Shown here one piece after another: positions 12,847-22,447 of a stretch of 64,000 nucleotides of DNA (the stretch's first letter is position 1; each line of letters begins with the position of its first letter). Made by a program: the position numbers and the translations under genes. The notes under the pieces are model-generated. The model was not told the origin of the DNA, made no database searches, and worked only from the letters and a program-made list of their open reading frames with translations. The stretch spans positions 1-64,000 of the forward strand of contig JBEGVZ010000085.1 in assembly GCA_041178085.1 (NCBI GenBank). Reading direction: 5' to 3'. This DNA is from Pseudomonadota bacterium. GTDB taxonomy: Bacteria; Bdellovibrionota_B; Oligoflexia; Oligoflexales; RGVZ01.

Positions 12847-13980
12847 ATGATTGTTCATCTGGTTTCAAATCGCTGGAATTCGGCCATTGCCGAATATGCC
12901 GTACACTGTGCGCGGGCGATCGATCTCCTTGGCATTCCTCAGGTCTTTGCCGGCTTGAAAGGCACCGCCGCAGTGAGGCGTGTGGCGGCTGCGGGACTCA
13001 AAGGTTGCCAAGTCCATGAAGTGGATCGTTTTTCCCTGGCAAACCTTCCTGAAGTTGTGAAAGCCGTGCCGCCAGGAACGCAGCTGATTTTTGTCTATGG
13101 CGGCGCAGAGACTTTCCTCTCCAAGTGGATCAAGATGGCCCGCCCAGGGATCAAGGTGGTCCGCTTCCGTGGCGATGACCGCGATGCCAGCAAGGCCGCC
13201 TTCGATCTTCGCCAGCAATGGAGCCAGGGCCACGTGGACTTGTTCCTTTCGCCGTCTGAATTCCTGACCCGTAAATTGTCCGGTGATGGAGCCTTGCGCC
13301 AGTCAAACCGTGCCGCAGCAATGGCGGCCCTTGTGCGCACGGTAGAGCCAGGGATCGATACCGAGCGCATTCACCGGCAGCCATCGTGTGATCCAGGACC
13401 CGGAGCCAGGCAGGATCTTGTGATCCTTGGGCGTCTGGATCCGGTCAAGGGTCACGCCCGGTTCTTCCAGATTTTCAACAAGATGCTTCAGCTTCCAGGC
13501 GGAGAGGCCTTTCGTCTTCATGTGGTGGGCGAACCTGCCAATTTGTCCCTTGTCCACCTTGAAGACGCCGCTCGCAGCGCGGGCCTTGTGTCCGGGTTCA
13601 ACGTCCTTTTCACGACTGAGAGGCTGGAAGATATTTCCCGCCTGATGTCGTCGGCATGCGCCGGGATCATATGCAGTGCAGGCTCAGAAATCATTTGCCG
13701 GGTCGCAGAGGAGTTTCTCGTTTGTGGAACCCCTCTTGTCGTATCAGGGGTTGGTTCGTTGGGTTCGATCCTTTCACTGGAAGACGGGATCAATTATGGG
13801 GGACTGCGCTCGCCTCAGGTCGAGGAAGCGGTGCTTGCTTTTTGCCAGCGCTCTGCACTTGAGGGGCGCGAGGTTCGTGATGCGCGGGCGGTGCGCGCGG
13901 TCGGCCGTTTTAGCCTGCAAACAATGTCGCGTGGACTTGACGCTGTGATTCGTGAGCTGACCGGCGTCGGCGTCACCTGA
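12847..13980 (+). CDS. Glycosyltransferase family 4-like (GT-B fold)
   Basis: RWNSAIAEYA, LGRLDPVKGH, SEIICRVAEE (E-x7-E acceptor motif), RFSL near C-terminus. Confidence 0.8.
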   Translation: MIVHLVSNRWNSAIAEYAVHCARAIDLLGIPQVFAGLKGTAAVRRVAAAGLKGCQVHEVDRFSLANLPEVVKAVPPGTQLIFVYGGAETFLSKWIKMARPGIKVVRFRGDDRDASKAAFDLRQQWSQGHVDLFLSPSEFLTRKLSGDGALRQSNRAAAMAALVRTVEPGIDTERIHRQPSCDPGPGARQDLVILGRLDPVKGHARFFQIFNKMLQLPGGEAFRLHVVGEPANLSLVHLEDAARSAGLVSGFNVLFTTERLEDISRLMSSACAGIICSAGSEIICRVAEEFLVCGTPLVVSGVGSLGSILSLEDGINYGGLRSPQVEEAVLAFCQRSALEGREVRDARAVRAVGRFSLQTMSRGLDAVIRELTGVGVT

Positions 13981-14120
13981 GCGTCAACTAAAATTGGCCT
14001 GATCTGCGATAAAACGCGCGCTATTTGCTTTTTCACCAATGCCTCTTGCCAGCGCCTCTTTCCAGCTTTGGCCTCATGGATTTGCCGCGAGGGCCGATGC
14101 ATGAGGCAGGGAGTGGGAAA

Positions 14121-14819
14121 ATGCGCACGATTATAAGATACTTTCAGGTCTTTTTTTGCTCGCTGGCTGGAATGGCTTCGACGGCGTTTGGCCAGGGCGT
14201 TGAAAGCGGGCTCAAGACAATTTATTTCAACTCAGACTACGCCCTCACGACGCACAAGAGCGAGCTCGTTGAGTCAAACGACACAGGTTCTTCCCTTCGC
14301 TATGCGGTTGGCTTCAACGTGGGCACGCAGAAAGAACTTGGGATTGTCCTTCAGACCGAGTCGTCTGCCATCTCGTTTCTTTTGAACGATACAGCGGTTT
14401 CACTGCTTTACCGGGACACCCGGATCACCTACCGCCTGGGCTACTTTTATCTGGGCGCGGTGTCTGCTTATGCCGAGGCCTCAGCGACGGGAGCAGACGG
14501 CACAGAAATGTTTTCTGGCAGGGGAACTGGATTCGGTTACACGGCCGGGTTCTTTTATCCGGTTGGCAAGTCATTGATTCAGGTTGATGCGACTTCGGCG
14601 GCGATTTCGGATTTTCTCAACAAGGATGAGGCCGTCACGGTTGCGATGGGCTCCCGTATGGACATCGACATCTCCGGTCACATTCCTGTTTCGCGGCGTT
14701 ACTTCACGCTGGATCTTGGTTACCGGCAAAGAACACAGCCGCTCACTTACCAAAGCACTGCTTACACGGAAACCATGCAGAAGACATACATTGGCTTCTC
14801 GATGGGCACGGACATGTGA
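14121..14819 (+). CDS. Secreted / outer-membrane beta-barrel-like hypothetical protein
   Basis: Signal peptide MRTIIRYFQVFFCSLAGMASTAFG; alternating aromatic/Gly strands; start trimmed to ATG 14121 after AGGGAG. Confidence 0.6.
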   Translation: MRTIIRYFQVFFCSLAGMASTAFGQGVESGLKTIYFNSDYALTTHKSELVESNDTGSSLRYAVGFNVGTQKELGIVLQTESSAISFLLNDTAVSLLYRDTRITYRLGYFYLGAVSAYAEASATGADGTEMFSGRGTGFGYTAGFFYPVGKSLIQVDATSAAISDFLNKDEAVTVAMGSRMDIDISGHIPVSRRYFTLDLGYRQRTQPLTYQSTAYTETMQKTYIGFSMGTDM

Positions 14820-14842
14820 TCCGTCGGTGACGGAGCCGCGTC

Positions 14843-17185
14843 TCAGGCAGACGGCCCTAGCCAGCGCCTGGGTTTTGCTCCGTCCGCTTTGGCAACCAGG
14901 CCACATCTTTCCATGTGTTCGACCATGCGCGCTGCACGGTTATAGCCGATCTTCAGGTGGCGTTGCAGGAAGGACGCACTGACAACCCCGTGACTGCGCG
15001 CAAGCTGCATCGCATCGGTGTATTTCGGATCCTCCTCGCTATCCATCTCACCTGCCCCGGAGCCGTCATCACCCGTACGCTCCTTTTGCAGCTCAGCGTC
15101 AATCCACCCCATGATGGAGTCGTCATAGGCGGCAAGTCCTGAGCTCTTGATGGTGGCGACGAGGCTCAGCACCTCCTCGTCACTGACGAGTGCCCCCTGG
15201 ATGCGCTCCAGTCGTCCTGAACCCGGGCGTTGGAACAGCATGTCGCCGCGCCCGAGCAGTTTTTCTGCTCCGACCTGGTCAAGGATCGTACGGCTGTCAT
15301 GCTTGGATACGACCTGAAAAGAAAGCCTGCACGGAAGGTTTGCCTTGATCACCCCGGTGATGATGTCGACCGATGGTCTTTGCGTCGCCAGCACCATATG
15401 GATTCCGCTGGCGCGGGCTTTTTGAGCCAGGCGCTGGATGGAAGATTCAACGTCCTTCGGCGCAGTCAACATCAAGTCGGCGAGCTCGTCGATCACGAGC
15501 AGAATATAGGGAAGACGCCCGGCAGTTTCTGTTCCAGCGGCAAGGCGCAGCTCTTGGCGTCGTGATTCGCTTGCCTGGTCCCAGAAGGCGTTGAACCCGG
15601 CGATGTTGCGCACACTGGCAAACTGCATGAGCCGGTAGCGTCGTTCCATTTCGGCCGCCGCCCATTTAAGCGCGTGGGAGGCACGGTCCGGTTCTGTGAT
15701 CACGGGCATCAAAAGGTGCGGAATTCCTTCATAAACCGAAAGCTCGAGCATCTTCGGGTCAACGAGGATCATCCGCACGTCCTCTGGCGCCGCTTTCATG
15801 ACAATGCTGCAAATCAATGAGTTGATGGCGACGCTTTTTCCAGCTCCCGTTGCACCGGCCATGAGCAGGTGTGGCATGGAGGTCAGATCTGCGCAGACGG
15901 GATTTCCACTGAGGGATTTTCCCATGGCAAAGACAAGGGGACTTGCCTGGTTGCGAAACGCATCCGAGTTGATCAAGTCACCCAGATAAACAGTCTCCCG
16001 CCTGGTATTGGGAACCTGTACGCCAAGGGCTCTTTTTCCGGGCACAGGGTTGATGAAGATCGAATCTACCTTGAGGGACAAGGCTAGATCATCGATGAGT
16101 CCGAGAATGCGGGATTGCTTGACCCCGGCGTCGGGCTGGAATTCAAAGACCGTGACGACGGGACCCGGCTGGTAGCCGATGACTTTGCCCGTCACGCCAA
16201 AATCAGCGAAGGTCTTCACCAGCAAAGCCGCTGTCTGATCGATGTCCTTCTGGCCAGGTGGGGCTACGGGTGATGGATTTCTTGCAGCTGACTGAAAAAT
16301 TTCCGTTGAAGGGATGATATAAGGTGCCTGGCGTAGGCTGACGGCAGCGTGGGTTTCTTCGTCGGCCTCTTCTCCAGGCAAAGCCTCGTTGGATGCTTCG
16401 TAAAGATTGTCTGATTCTTCTTCCATTGAAGCGACGACATAATCTTCGACCTGGATGGATTCCGGCTCGTGGTGAATGGCAGCGGGCTCAATGCCCGTCA
16501 TGGGTATTGATGTCGAAGACCTTTCGGGGATGCTTGTTTCGTTGCTGCCACGCCTGGTTGTGAGAAGGCCTTTGCCTGCGCGGAAAAGGAATGCCCGTCC
16601 GGTGATCAGTGCGCCAGCGGCGAGGGCCAGCACGCCACATGATAGCCAAACACCCGCCTGGCCAAGGGCAGCGCGTGCCCCCCCGGAAATGGATGTTCCA
16701 AGGTAACCTCCGGCAGGAAGCGGTACGCCACGCCACGTCACATCTCCGATTGCGGATGCCAGTGACGTGCAGCACACGGTCAGAAGAAGCAGGAAACCAA
16801 CATTTGTGGCCACGCCGCTGACGTTTAGGAAGGTTCTTTTGACGGCATTAAACTCCCCGTCTGTTTGCCGGTGTTGCCAGGCCGACCAGCCGGTTATTGC
16901 GACAAAAAGCGGAACCAGAAGGGAACCAGCCCCGAAGAAGAAAACGAGCATTTGGGCGATCATTGCGCCAACCGTTCCCGCAGGATTTGAAACATCCATC
17001 GAAGGAGGCCACGAGGCGGCGAAGTAGGCAGTGTCTCTGGGGTTGAAGCCGACAAGGGCCACAGTCAGGAAGACAGCGCCACCAGCAGTCAGCAGGAACG
17101 TTACATCGCCGAGGACCGGGCTGCCGGCAGCGGCCCGGAGGTTTGCGAAGAGTTTTTGGCGGAGGCTCGCAGTGGTTGCGCTCAT
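14843..17185 (-). CDS. ftsK: DNA translocase FtsK
   Basis: N-terminal TM segments, GPVVT, PHLLMAGATGAGKS, DELADLM, QKARASGIH, gamma domain LQRHLKIGYNRAAR; ATG 17185 follows AAGGAG. Confidence 0.97.
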   Translation of the reverse strand: MSATTASLRQKLFANLRAAAGSPVLGDVTFLLTAGGAVFLTVALVGFNPRDTAYFAASWPPSMDVSNPAGTVGAMIAQMLVFFFGAGSLLVPLFVAITGWSAWQHRQTDGEFNAVKRTFLNVSGVATNVGFLLLLTVCCTSLASAIGDVTWRGVPLPAGGYLGTSISGGARAALGQAGVWLSCGVLALAAGALITGRAFLFRAGKGLLTTRRGSNETSIPERSSTSIPMTGIEPAAIHHEPESIQVEDYVVASMEEESDNLYEASNEALPGEEADEETHAAVSLRQAPYIIPSTEIFQSAARNPSPVAPPGQKDIDQTAALLVKTFADFGVTGKVIGYQPGPVVTVFEFQPDAGVKQSRILGLIDDLALSLKVDSIFINPVPGKRALGVQVPNTRRETVYLGDLINSDAFRNQASPLVFAMGKSLSGNPVCADLTSMPHLLMAGATGAGKSVAINSLICSIVMKAAPEDVRMILVDPKMLELSVYEGIPHLLMPVITEPDRASHALKWAAAEMERRYRLMQFASVRNIAGFNAFWDQASESRRQELRLAAGTETAGRLPYILLVIDELADLMLTAPKDVESSIQRLAQKARASGIHMVLATQRPSVDIITGVIKANLPCRLSFQVVSKHDSRTILDQVGAEKLLGRGDMLFQRPGSGRLERIQGALVSDEEVLSLVATIKSSGLAAYDDSIMGWIDAELQKERTGDDGSGAGEMDSEEDPKYTDAMQLARSHGVVSASFLQRHLKIGYNRAARMVEHMERCGLVAKADGAKPRRWLGPSA

Positions 17186-17215
17186 GAGGGCCACTCCTTT
17201 GACCAGTGACCTTCA

Positions 17216-17221
17216 ATTATA
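17216..17221 (-). promoter_or_regulatory. Candidate sigma70 -10 element for ftsK
   Basis: Perfect TATAAT on the minus strand about 30 nt upstream of the ftsK start; no clear -35. Confidence 0.45.
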
Positions 17222-17271
17222 GCGCGCGCGGGGCTGATACCCAAAAAAGGAACGCGGGAACTGCGCTCCTT

Positions 17272-17622
17272 TCAGTTCAGGTGGCGCCGCAGGGCAGAAC
17301 CCCAGAGTTGCAGTCCGCACTGGTAAACCAGAAACAAGGACACTTTTTGCTCAAGGTCCATCATCGCAAGGCGGGAGCGGATGGCGGGAACGCTGTTAAG
17401 GCGCAGAAGGGCCATGGCGTGGCCTTCCACATCGGGGAAAGACCTGTCGGCGGCCTGATTGCGGAGCAGACGATTGATGTCTGCAATTTCACTTTCATCA
17501 AAAAGAATGTGATTGCCGCGGATTCCTTCCTCGTAAATGACATGCCATACGTGAGGCACCCATTCAAATCCGTTTGGGGTAGCCACCAGCCGGTCCAATG
17601 CTGCACGGTAATCAAGAGCCAT
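17272..17622 (-). CDS. Hypothetical protein (116 aa)
   Basis: ATG preceded by AAGGA; helical composition; fills the gap co-directionally with ftsK. Confidence 0.65.
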   Translation of the reverse strand: MALDYRAALDRLVATPNGFEWVPHVWHVIYEEGIRGNHILFDESEIADINRLLRNQAADRSFPDVEGHAMALLRLNSVPAIRSRLAMMDLEQKVSLFLVYQCGLQLWGSALRRHLN

Positions 17623-17887
17623 AACGGTTAGTCCTTTTCAGCGTCCGCAGGGAAAGCCCAACATCCACGGGACAGACCTTGCAACCATCCCGCCAGTTGG
17701 AGGCCGCCTGCGCAGTCCGGCGGGGCCCCCTGGGCAGAACTCCAAGTTCCCGCAATTAAACAACTATTTGTTTCTCTGTGCGGACCAGGCCGCCATGTTA
17801 GCCAACCCAGGTGGCAAGAGGACCTGCCCGGTGTCAGGATCTTTGACACAGCAGACAGCCATGGGCGGTCATTCAGGAAAGGGTCTT

Positions 17888-18919
17888 CTAGAACAGGGTT
17901 GGCTGGTCGTTCTGGAAAAGTGGACGGACCTTTGGGCAGACGGACTTCATTTCTTCTACGTATCGCTTGGCGTAGGGGCCAGTGAAATAGAGTTCACGTG
18001 GCGCGACGGCGGCGATTACCTCACGCAGTTCAACTCCGTCACAGGCATGACTGAAATAAAAGCGCTCGACTGTCCTGCGCAGTGCGGGCGGAAGGTAACT
18101 TTCCCCCGCAGTTTGCTCGATCAAAAAGACTGGTCCTTCGGGAAGCTTCGACCGGAAGTGCCCAGGCTTGGTTGGTGCCGGCCAGATCACGGGCTTTTGG
18201 TTTCGCTGGGAGCCCCGCGCCGAGTACAGCGAGTATTTGCCAAGGGGAGATCCGCAGGTTTCGTAGACTTTGTGGATCTTGTAGATGACGGGATGTACCG
18301 CAACCGCCACCCCTTCGTCTGAAAGGATCTTTGTCAGCTCCTGGGCAACAGCCGTGGGCCGGCACAGGATGGTCGGAGTCAGTCCTTTTGACACAGCGGA
18401 CTTTACGGCGTCGACAAAACGGTCGCGCTCTTTTTTACGGTTCGGCAGTGCCTGGTTCGGGTCGGGATGATAAGCATTCAGGATAAGCGTGTGGGCTTTT
18501 TTCAGCTGCATCTGCCTGACGGTTCCGCTTTTCTGTGTTTGCAGAAACGGTGCATAAAGCAGGCGCCCTTGCTCAGTCTCAACATAAAGTGAAGCGCCGC
18601 CGAGGATTCCGCCCGACGGCAGAAGCTCCATGCGCAGACGTCCGATCGAAAACGGCCGGTTGTACTGACAAACCAGTGCGTTTGGTTTTTGCGGGCCACT
18701 TCTTTGCGCCGCCATCAGCTTCAGCGTCTCTTCAGTGGCAATGATTTGCGGGACTTTTACTTTTGACGGGACGTCGGCAGAGGAAACAAATGACAGTTGA
18801 CCGTTGGTCTGGGAGTCAAACCATAAAATAGAGTTCGCCAGATGAATCCCGTCATCGGTGGAACGGATGGGGATGGACCCCGTCTTCGAACCCTGGGTTG
18901 GAACTTTGGCCGTAGACAT
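17888..18919 (-). CDS. Metallo-beta-lactamase/beta-CASP-like protein with degenerate metal ligands
   Basis: GIHLANSILWFD, IIATEETLKL, LPSGGILGGASLYVE, YFSHACDGVEL...APRELYFTG follow the layout of beta-CASP exonucleases; HxHxDH is absent. Confidence 0.65.
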   Translation of the reverse strand: MSTAKVPTQGSKTGSIPIRSTDDGIHLANSILWFDSQTNGQLSFVSSADVPSKVKVPQIIATEETLKLMAAQRSGPQKPNALVCQYNRPFSIGRLRMELLPSGGILGGASLYVETEQGRLLYAPFLQTQKSGTVRQMQLKKAHTLILNAYHPDPNQALPNRKKERDRFVDAVKSAVSKGLTPTILCRPTAVAQELTKILSDEGVAVAVHPVIYKIHKVYETCGSPLGKYSLYSARGSQRNQKPVIWPAPTKPGHFRSKLPEGPVFLIEQTAGESYLPPALRRTVERFYFSHACDGVELREVIAAVAPRELYFTGPYAKRYVEEMKSVCPKVRPLFQNDQPTLF

Positions 18920-19005
18920 GTCCTGAAAACTATGTCAGCCGGATCAGGCTTGGTCAAGAACTCACAACCAATGGAATCAACCGGAAAATTGCCAGGTTCC
19001 GCCGG

Positions 19006-19197
19006 TCAGCGCCGGTTCTCAACGGCCTTGGGGTTGGCGTATCTTGAATGATAGGTAAGGTTCCAATAAAACTCATCAAATCCGGAAATACCAGCGGTCG
19101 ACCCGCCATTCAGTTCCCGGTAGAGGTCGACATAGGCCGCGTACTGCTTTCGCAGGTACTCAAAAAAAACTCTTTGGTTGTCGTAGGTTACTCCCAC
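19006..19197 (-). CDS. Small hypothetical protein (63 aa)
   Basis: GTG start behind GGAGAGG; aromatic-rich, protein-like composition; co-oriented with the downstream MBL-like gene. Confidence 0.6.
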   Translation of the reverse strand: MGVTYDNQRVFFEYLRKQYAAYVDLYRELNGGSTAGISGFDEFYWNLTYHSRYANPKAVENRR

Positions 19198-19277
19198 ACC
19201 TCTCCCCCCTCTCCAGTTGTTCGGCAGATGACGGTAAAAGTTGAGGCCCGCGCCCTTCGCGGGTAAATTGCCGGGCT

Positions 19278-20003
19278 ATGAGCCTGATTTTTGGAGCAAT
19301 TGCTGGGGGTATCTTGATCGCGCTGGTGCTGATGTCGACCGGAATCGACCAGGCCGGCCGGCACCGGGCCATGACCTACCGGTCACGCCGGAGCCGCCTG
19401 ATCGAACGGATGGAGGCGCTGCACCGCCGGCTCGCCGCTTTGGCCGCCCGTTTTGAAAAAGGTGACCGGTTGGAAGGGTCCATGGTGCGTGACCTGGAAA
19501 AACTGGTCGGCAGTTTCGAAACCATCGTGACGGCCTTCTCCCGCATCCCGGCGTTCGGCACGGACGCCAGCCTGCTGGATTCCGCAGATTTTCTGGTCAA
19601 AGACTGCGAAGAGCGCTTGCGGCAGATGGAGATCCAGGGCGGCTTGCGGTCAAGAGCCGTGATCACGCGGGTTGCACAATTACTAGCCAGTAGCCTGTCC
19701 GGTCAGCGACGACCAGGGGAGCGGCCACCTCGCGGGTGCTATTTTTGTTCCCGCCCCTTTCACGAAGACTTGCAGGGGTTCAGCCAGGTTCGTGTGCGGG
19801 TCGAACGCGACACGCTCGATGTTTTCTCATGTGCGGGATGCAAGGATCGCCTTGAGGAGACCAAGAAAATCAAAGTACTGTACTTCCTCAACGAAGGTCG
19901 TCCCCAGCACTGGTCGCAGGTTGCCGGCTATGTGCCCTCAGAAGCCTACTGGAACTTGAACCGCCACCGTTTGCAGCTGGTGGAGACCGAAGACGAAACG
20001 TGA
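19278..20003 (+). CDS. Membrane-anchored hypothetical protein with coiled region and CxxC...CxxC zinc-ribbon
   Basis: N-terminal TM helix; CYFC and CAGC pairs. Confidence 0.65.
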   Translation: MSLIFGAIAGGILIALVLMSTGIDQAGRHRAMTYRSRRSRLIERMEALHRRLAALAARFEKGDRLEGSMVRDLEKLVGSFETIVTAFSRIPAFGTDASLLDSADFLVKDCEERLRQMEIQGGLRSRAVITRVAQLLASSLSGQRRPGERPPRGCYFCSRPFHEDLQGFSQVRVRVERDTLDVFSCAGCKDRLEETKKIKVLYFLNEGRPQHWSQVAGYVPSEAYWNLNRHRLQLVETEDET

Positions 20004-20073
20004 ATTTTCCGGAAGAATTTGCAGCAAAGAATTTTCAGGCCCTGAACTTTTAAATTGGAATGGAGTGGTCCCG

Positions 20074-21063
20074 ATGAGCAAGAAGCCAGTTCGTGTTGCA
20101 GTAACAGGTGCCGCAGGCCAGATCGGCTACAGTTTGCTTTTCCGTATCGCCTCGGGCGAAGTGTTCGGCCACGACACCCCCGTTGAATTGTCTCTGCTCG
20201 AACTTCCGGTTGCCATCAAGGGTGCTGAAGGCACCGCCATGGAACTTGAGGACTGCGCCTTCCCGACCCTCAGCAAGATCAACATTTACGACAACGCAGA
20301 TGCAGCTTTTGACGGCGTCAACTGGGCGCTTCTCGTTGGTTCCAAACCGCGTGGCCCTGGCATGGAGCGCAATGACCTGATTCGGGACAACGGCCCGATT
20401 TTTGTCGGCCAGGGGAAAGCCCTCAATCGCGCAGCCAGCGACGTGCGCGCAGTGGTTGTCGGAAACCCATGCAACACCAACGCCCTGATCGCTCTGCACA
20501 ACTGCCGCGAAGTTCCGGCAATTCGCTTTTCGGCGATGACCATGCTGGACGAAAACCGCGCCAAGGCGATGATCGCCAAGAAAGCGGGAGCCGGTGTGGG
20601 AGACGTTAAAAACCTTGCCGTCTGGGGCAATCATTCAAGCACGATGTATCCCGACTTTGAGCACGCCACGGTCGGTGGCAAGACGGTTGAGCAGGCTTGC
20701 GGCAGAAGCTGGCTTGAAAATGACTTCATGGTCGGTGTTCAAAAGCGCGGCGCAGCCATCATTGCCGCCCGCGGTAAATCCTCGGCGGCGTCAGCAGCTT
20801 CGTCTTGCATCGACCACATGAAGCGGTTCATGGAAAAGACTCCGACCGGACAGTGGTTCTCGGCGGCGGTGCCTAGCGACGGCAACAGCTACGGCGTGCC
20901 GGCGGGCCTCATGTTCTCATTCCCGATTCGTTCTCACGGTGATGGCAAGTACGAGATCGTCCAGGGAGTGTCCGTTTCCGCCTATGCGAAGAAAAAAATC
21001 GAGGAAACCACCAAGGAACTCCTTGATGAGCGTGAAGTGGTGAAAGAATTGCTGGTCCGCTGA
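20074..21063 (+). CDS. mdh: Malate dehydrogenase
   Basis: [46 protein letters not shown]. Confidence 0.98.
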   Translation: MSKKPVRVAVTGAAGQIGYSLLFRIASGEVFGHDTPVELSLLELPVAIKGAEGTAMELEDCAFPTLSKINIYDNADAAFDGVNWALLVGSKPRGPGMERNDLIRDNGPIFVGQGKALNRAASDVRAVVVGNPCNTNALIALHNCREVPAIRFSAMTMLDENRAKAMIAKKAGAGVGDVKNLAVWGNHSSTMYPDFEHATVGGKTVEQACGRSWLENDFMVGVQKRGAAIIAARGKSSAASAASSCIDHMKRFMEKTPTGQWFSAAVPSDGNSYGVPAGLMFSFPIRSHGDGKYEIVQGVSVSAYAKKKIEETTKELLDEREVVKELLVR

Positions 21064-21091
21064 GCGGACCAGTTGTCTAGGGGGGACTATC

Positions 21092-22000
21092 ATGTTTGCG
21101 ATGCTGAAGCGTTTCTTCCTGTTCGCAGTGGTCAACATGCTGATCATTGTGACGCTGTCAATTGTCCTGAATCTACTTGGCGTTCAGCCTTATATGACCG
21201 CCTACGGCCTGGACTACCGCCAGCTGGCGCTTTTTTGCCTTGTCTGGGGTTCGGGTGGTGCTTTGATTTCGCTCGCCCTGAGTCGCGTCATGGCGAAATG
21301 GATGATGGGCGTCAAAGTGATCGATCCGTCGACTTATGACCCTGTGTTGAGGGATCTGGTCCAGACCGTTCATCGCCTGGCCCGGGGAGCCAATTTGCCG
21401 GCGATGCCCCAGGTCGGCATTTATGAAAGCCCTGAATTGAATGCATTTGCCACCGGCCCCTCAAAGGGAAGGGCCCTGGTCGCCGTATCAACGGGCCTTC
21501 TTCAGCGGATGGGCAAAACAGAAGTGGAGGGCGTACTGGGCCATGAGGTCGCCCACATTGCCAACGGTGACATGGTGACCATGACCCTGATCCAGGGGAT
21601 CGTTAACGCCTTCGTCATGTTCTTTGCCCGGATTCTGGCATTTGCCTTGGGAAACGCCCTGCGCAGCGGCGACAACGAAGACCGCGGACCAAACCCGATG
21701 GTGGTTTACCTGGCCACGATGGTGTTCGAAATTGCCTTCAGTTTGCTGGGTATGATGGTGGTTGCTTACTTTTCGCGGATGCGGGAATTCCGGGCTGATC
21801 AGGGTGGCGCTACGCTTGCCGGCAGGGCCAAGATGATCGCAGCGCTTGAAGCCCTCCGCGGCGGTGCGCGGACCCTGGACGACAGTCACCCGGCCGTCGC
21901 AAGCCTGAAGATTTCGGGCCATGCGGGGGGTCTCATGGCGCTCATGGCAACCCATCCTCCCCTTGAGGTCCGGATTGACCGTTTGCGCCGCATGGTTTAA
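21092..22000 (+). CDS. htpX: Membrane zinc metalloprotease HtpX
   Basis: NAFATG, HEVAHIANGDMVT, FSRMREFRAD, THPPLEVRI. Confidence 0.97.
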   Translation: MFAMLKRFFLFAVVNMLIIVTLSIVLNLLGVQPYMTAYGLDYRQLALFCLVWGSGGALISLALSRVMAKWMMGVKVIDPSTYDPVLRDLVQTVHRLARGANLPAMPQVGIYESPELNAFATGPSKGRALVAVSTGLLQRMGKTEVEGVLGHEVAHIANGDMVTMTLIQGIVNAFVMFFARILAFALGNALRSGDNEDRGPNPMVVYLATMVFEIAFSLLGMMVVAYFSRMREFRADQGGATLAGRAKMIAALEALRGGARTLDDSHPAVASLKISGHAGGLMALMATHPPLEVRIDRLRRMV

Positions 22001-22034
22001 GTGAGAGTTTACGTTTTTGACTTTGGGATCCCGT

Positions 22035-22121
22035 GGAGGGATGGCCGAGTGGCTGAAGGCGGCGGTCTTGAAAACCGTTATACGTTAACGCGTATCGTGG
22101 GTTCGAATCCCACTCCCTCCG
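22035..22121 (+). tRNA. tRNA-Ser(TGA); 3' CCA not encoded
   Basis: GGAGGGA acceptor stem, anticodon arm GCGGT-CT-TGA-AA-ACCGT, long variable arm, GGTTCGAATCC. Confidence 0.96.
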
Positions 22122-22153
22122 CTCCCGCAAGTTAGAAACGATGCCTGATCTCT

Positions 22154-22243
22154 GGAGAGATGGCCGAGTGGCTGAAGGCACCGCCTTGCTAAGGCGGCAT
22201 ACGGGAAACTGTATCGAGGGTTCGAATCCCTCTCTCTCCGCCA
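22154..22243 (+). tRNA. tRNA-Ser(GCT)
   Basis: GGAGAGA...TCTCTCC-G-CCA, anticodon arm CCGCC-TT-GCT-AA-GGCGG, long variable arm. Confidence 0.97.
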
Positions 22244-22447
22244 TTTTTCGGCTCGATCAGTTCAGGAAAACAGCATTCTTCAAAGATTCGTCTGATTCTC
22301 CGGCGGGACATAAAGAAACAGGGGCGGTTACGTTCGATTTTCGCAAAGCCGAGGCAGAATGCTCCGTGCATAAACTCGAATTTGACGCGTATCCATCTTT
22401 ACTTGACCCAAGTGAATTGGCGCTGGGGTATGAAACGCTGTGTTTGT

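Noticed and set aside
17628..17849. 73-aa minus-strand ORF ending just before the 116-aa gene
   Set aside because: No RBS or motif and atypical composition; treated as intergenic
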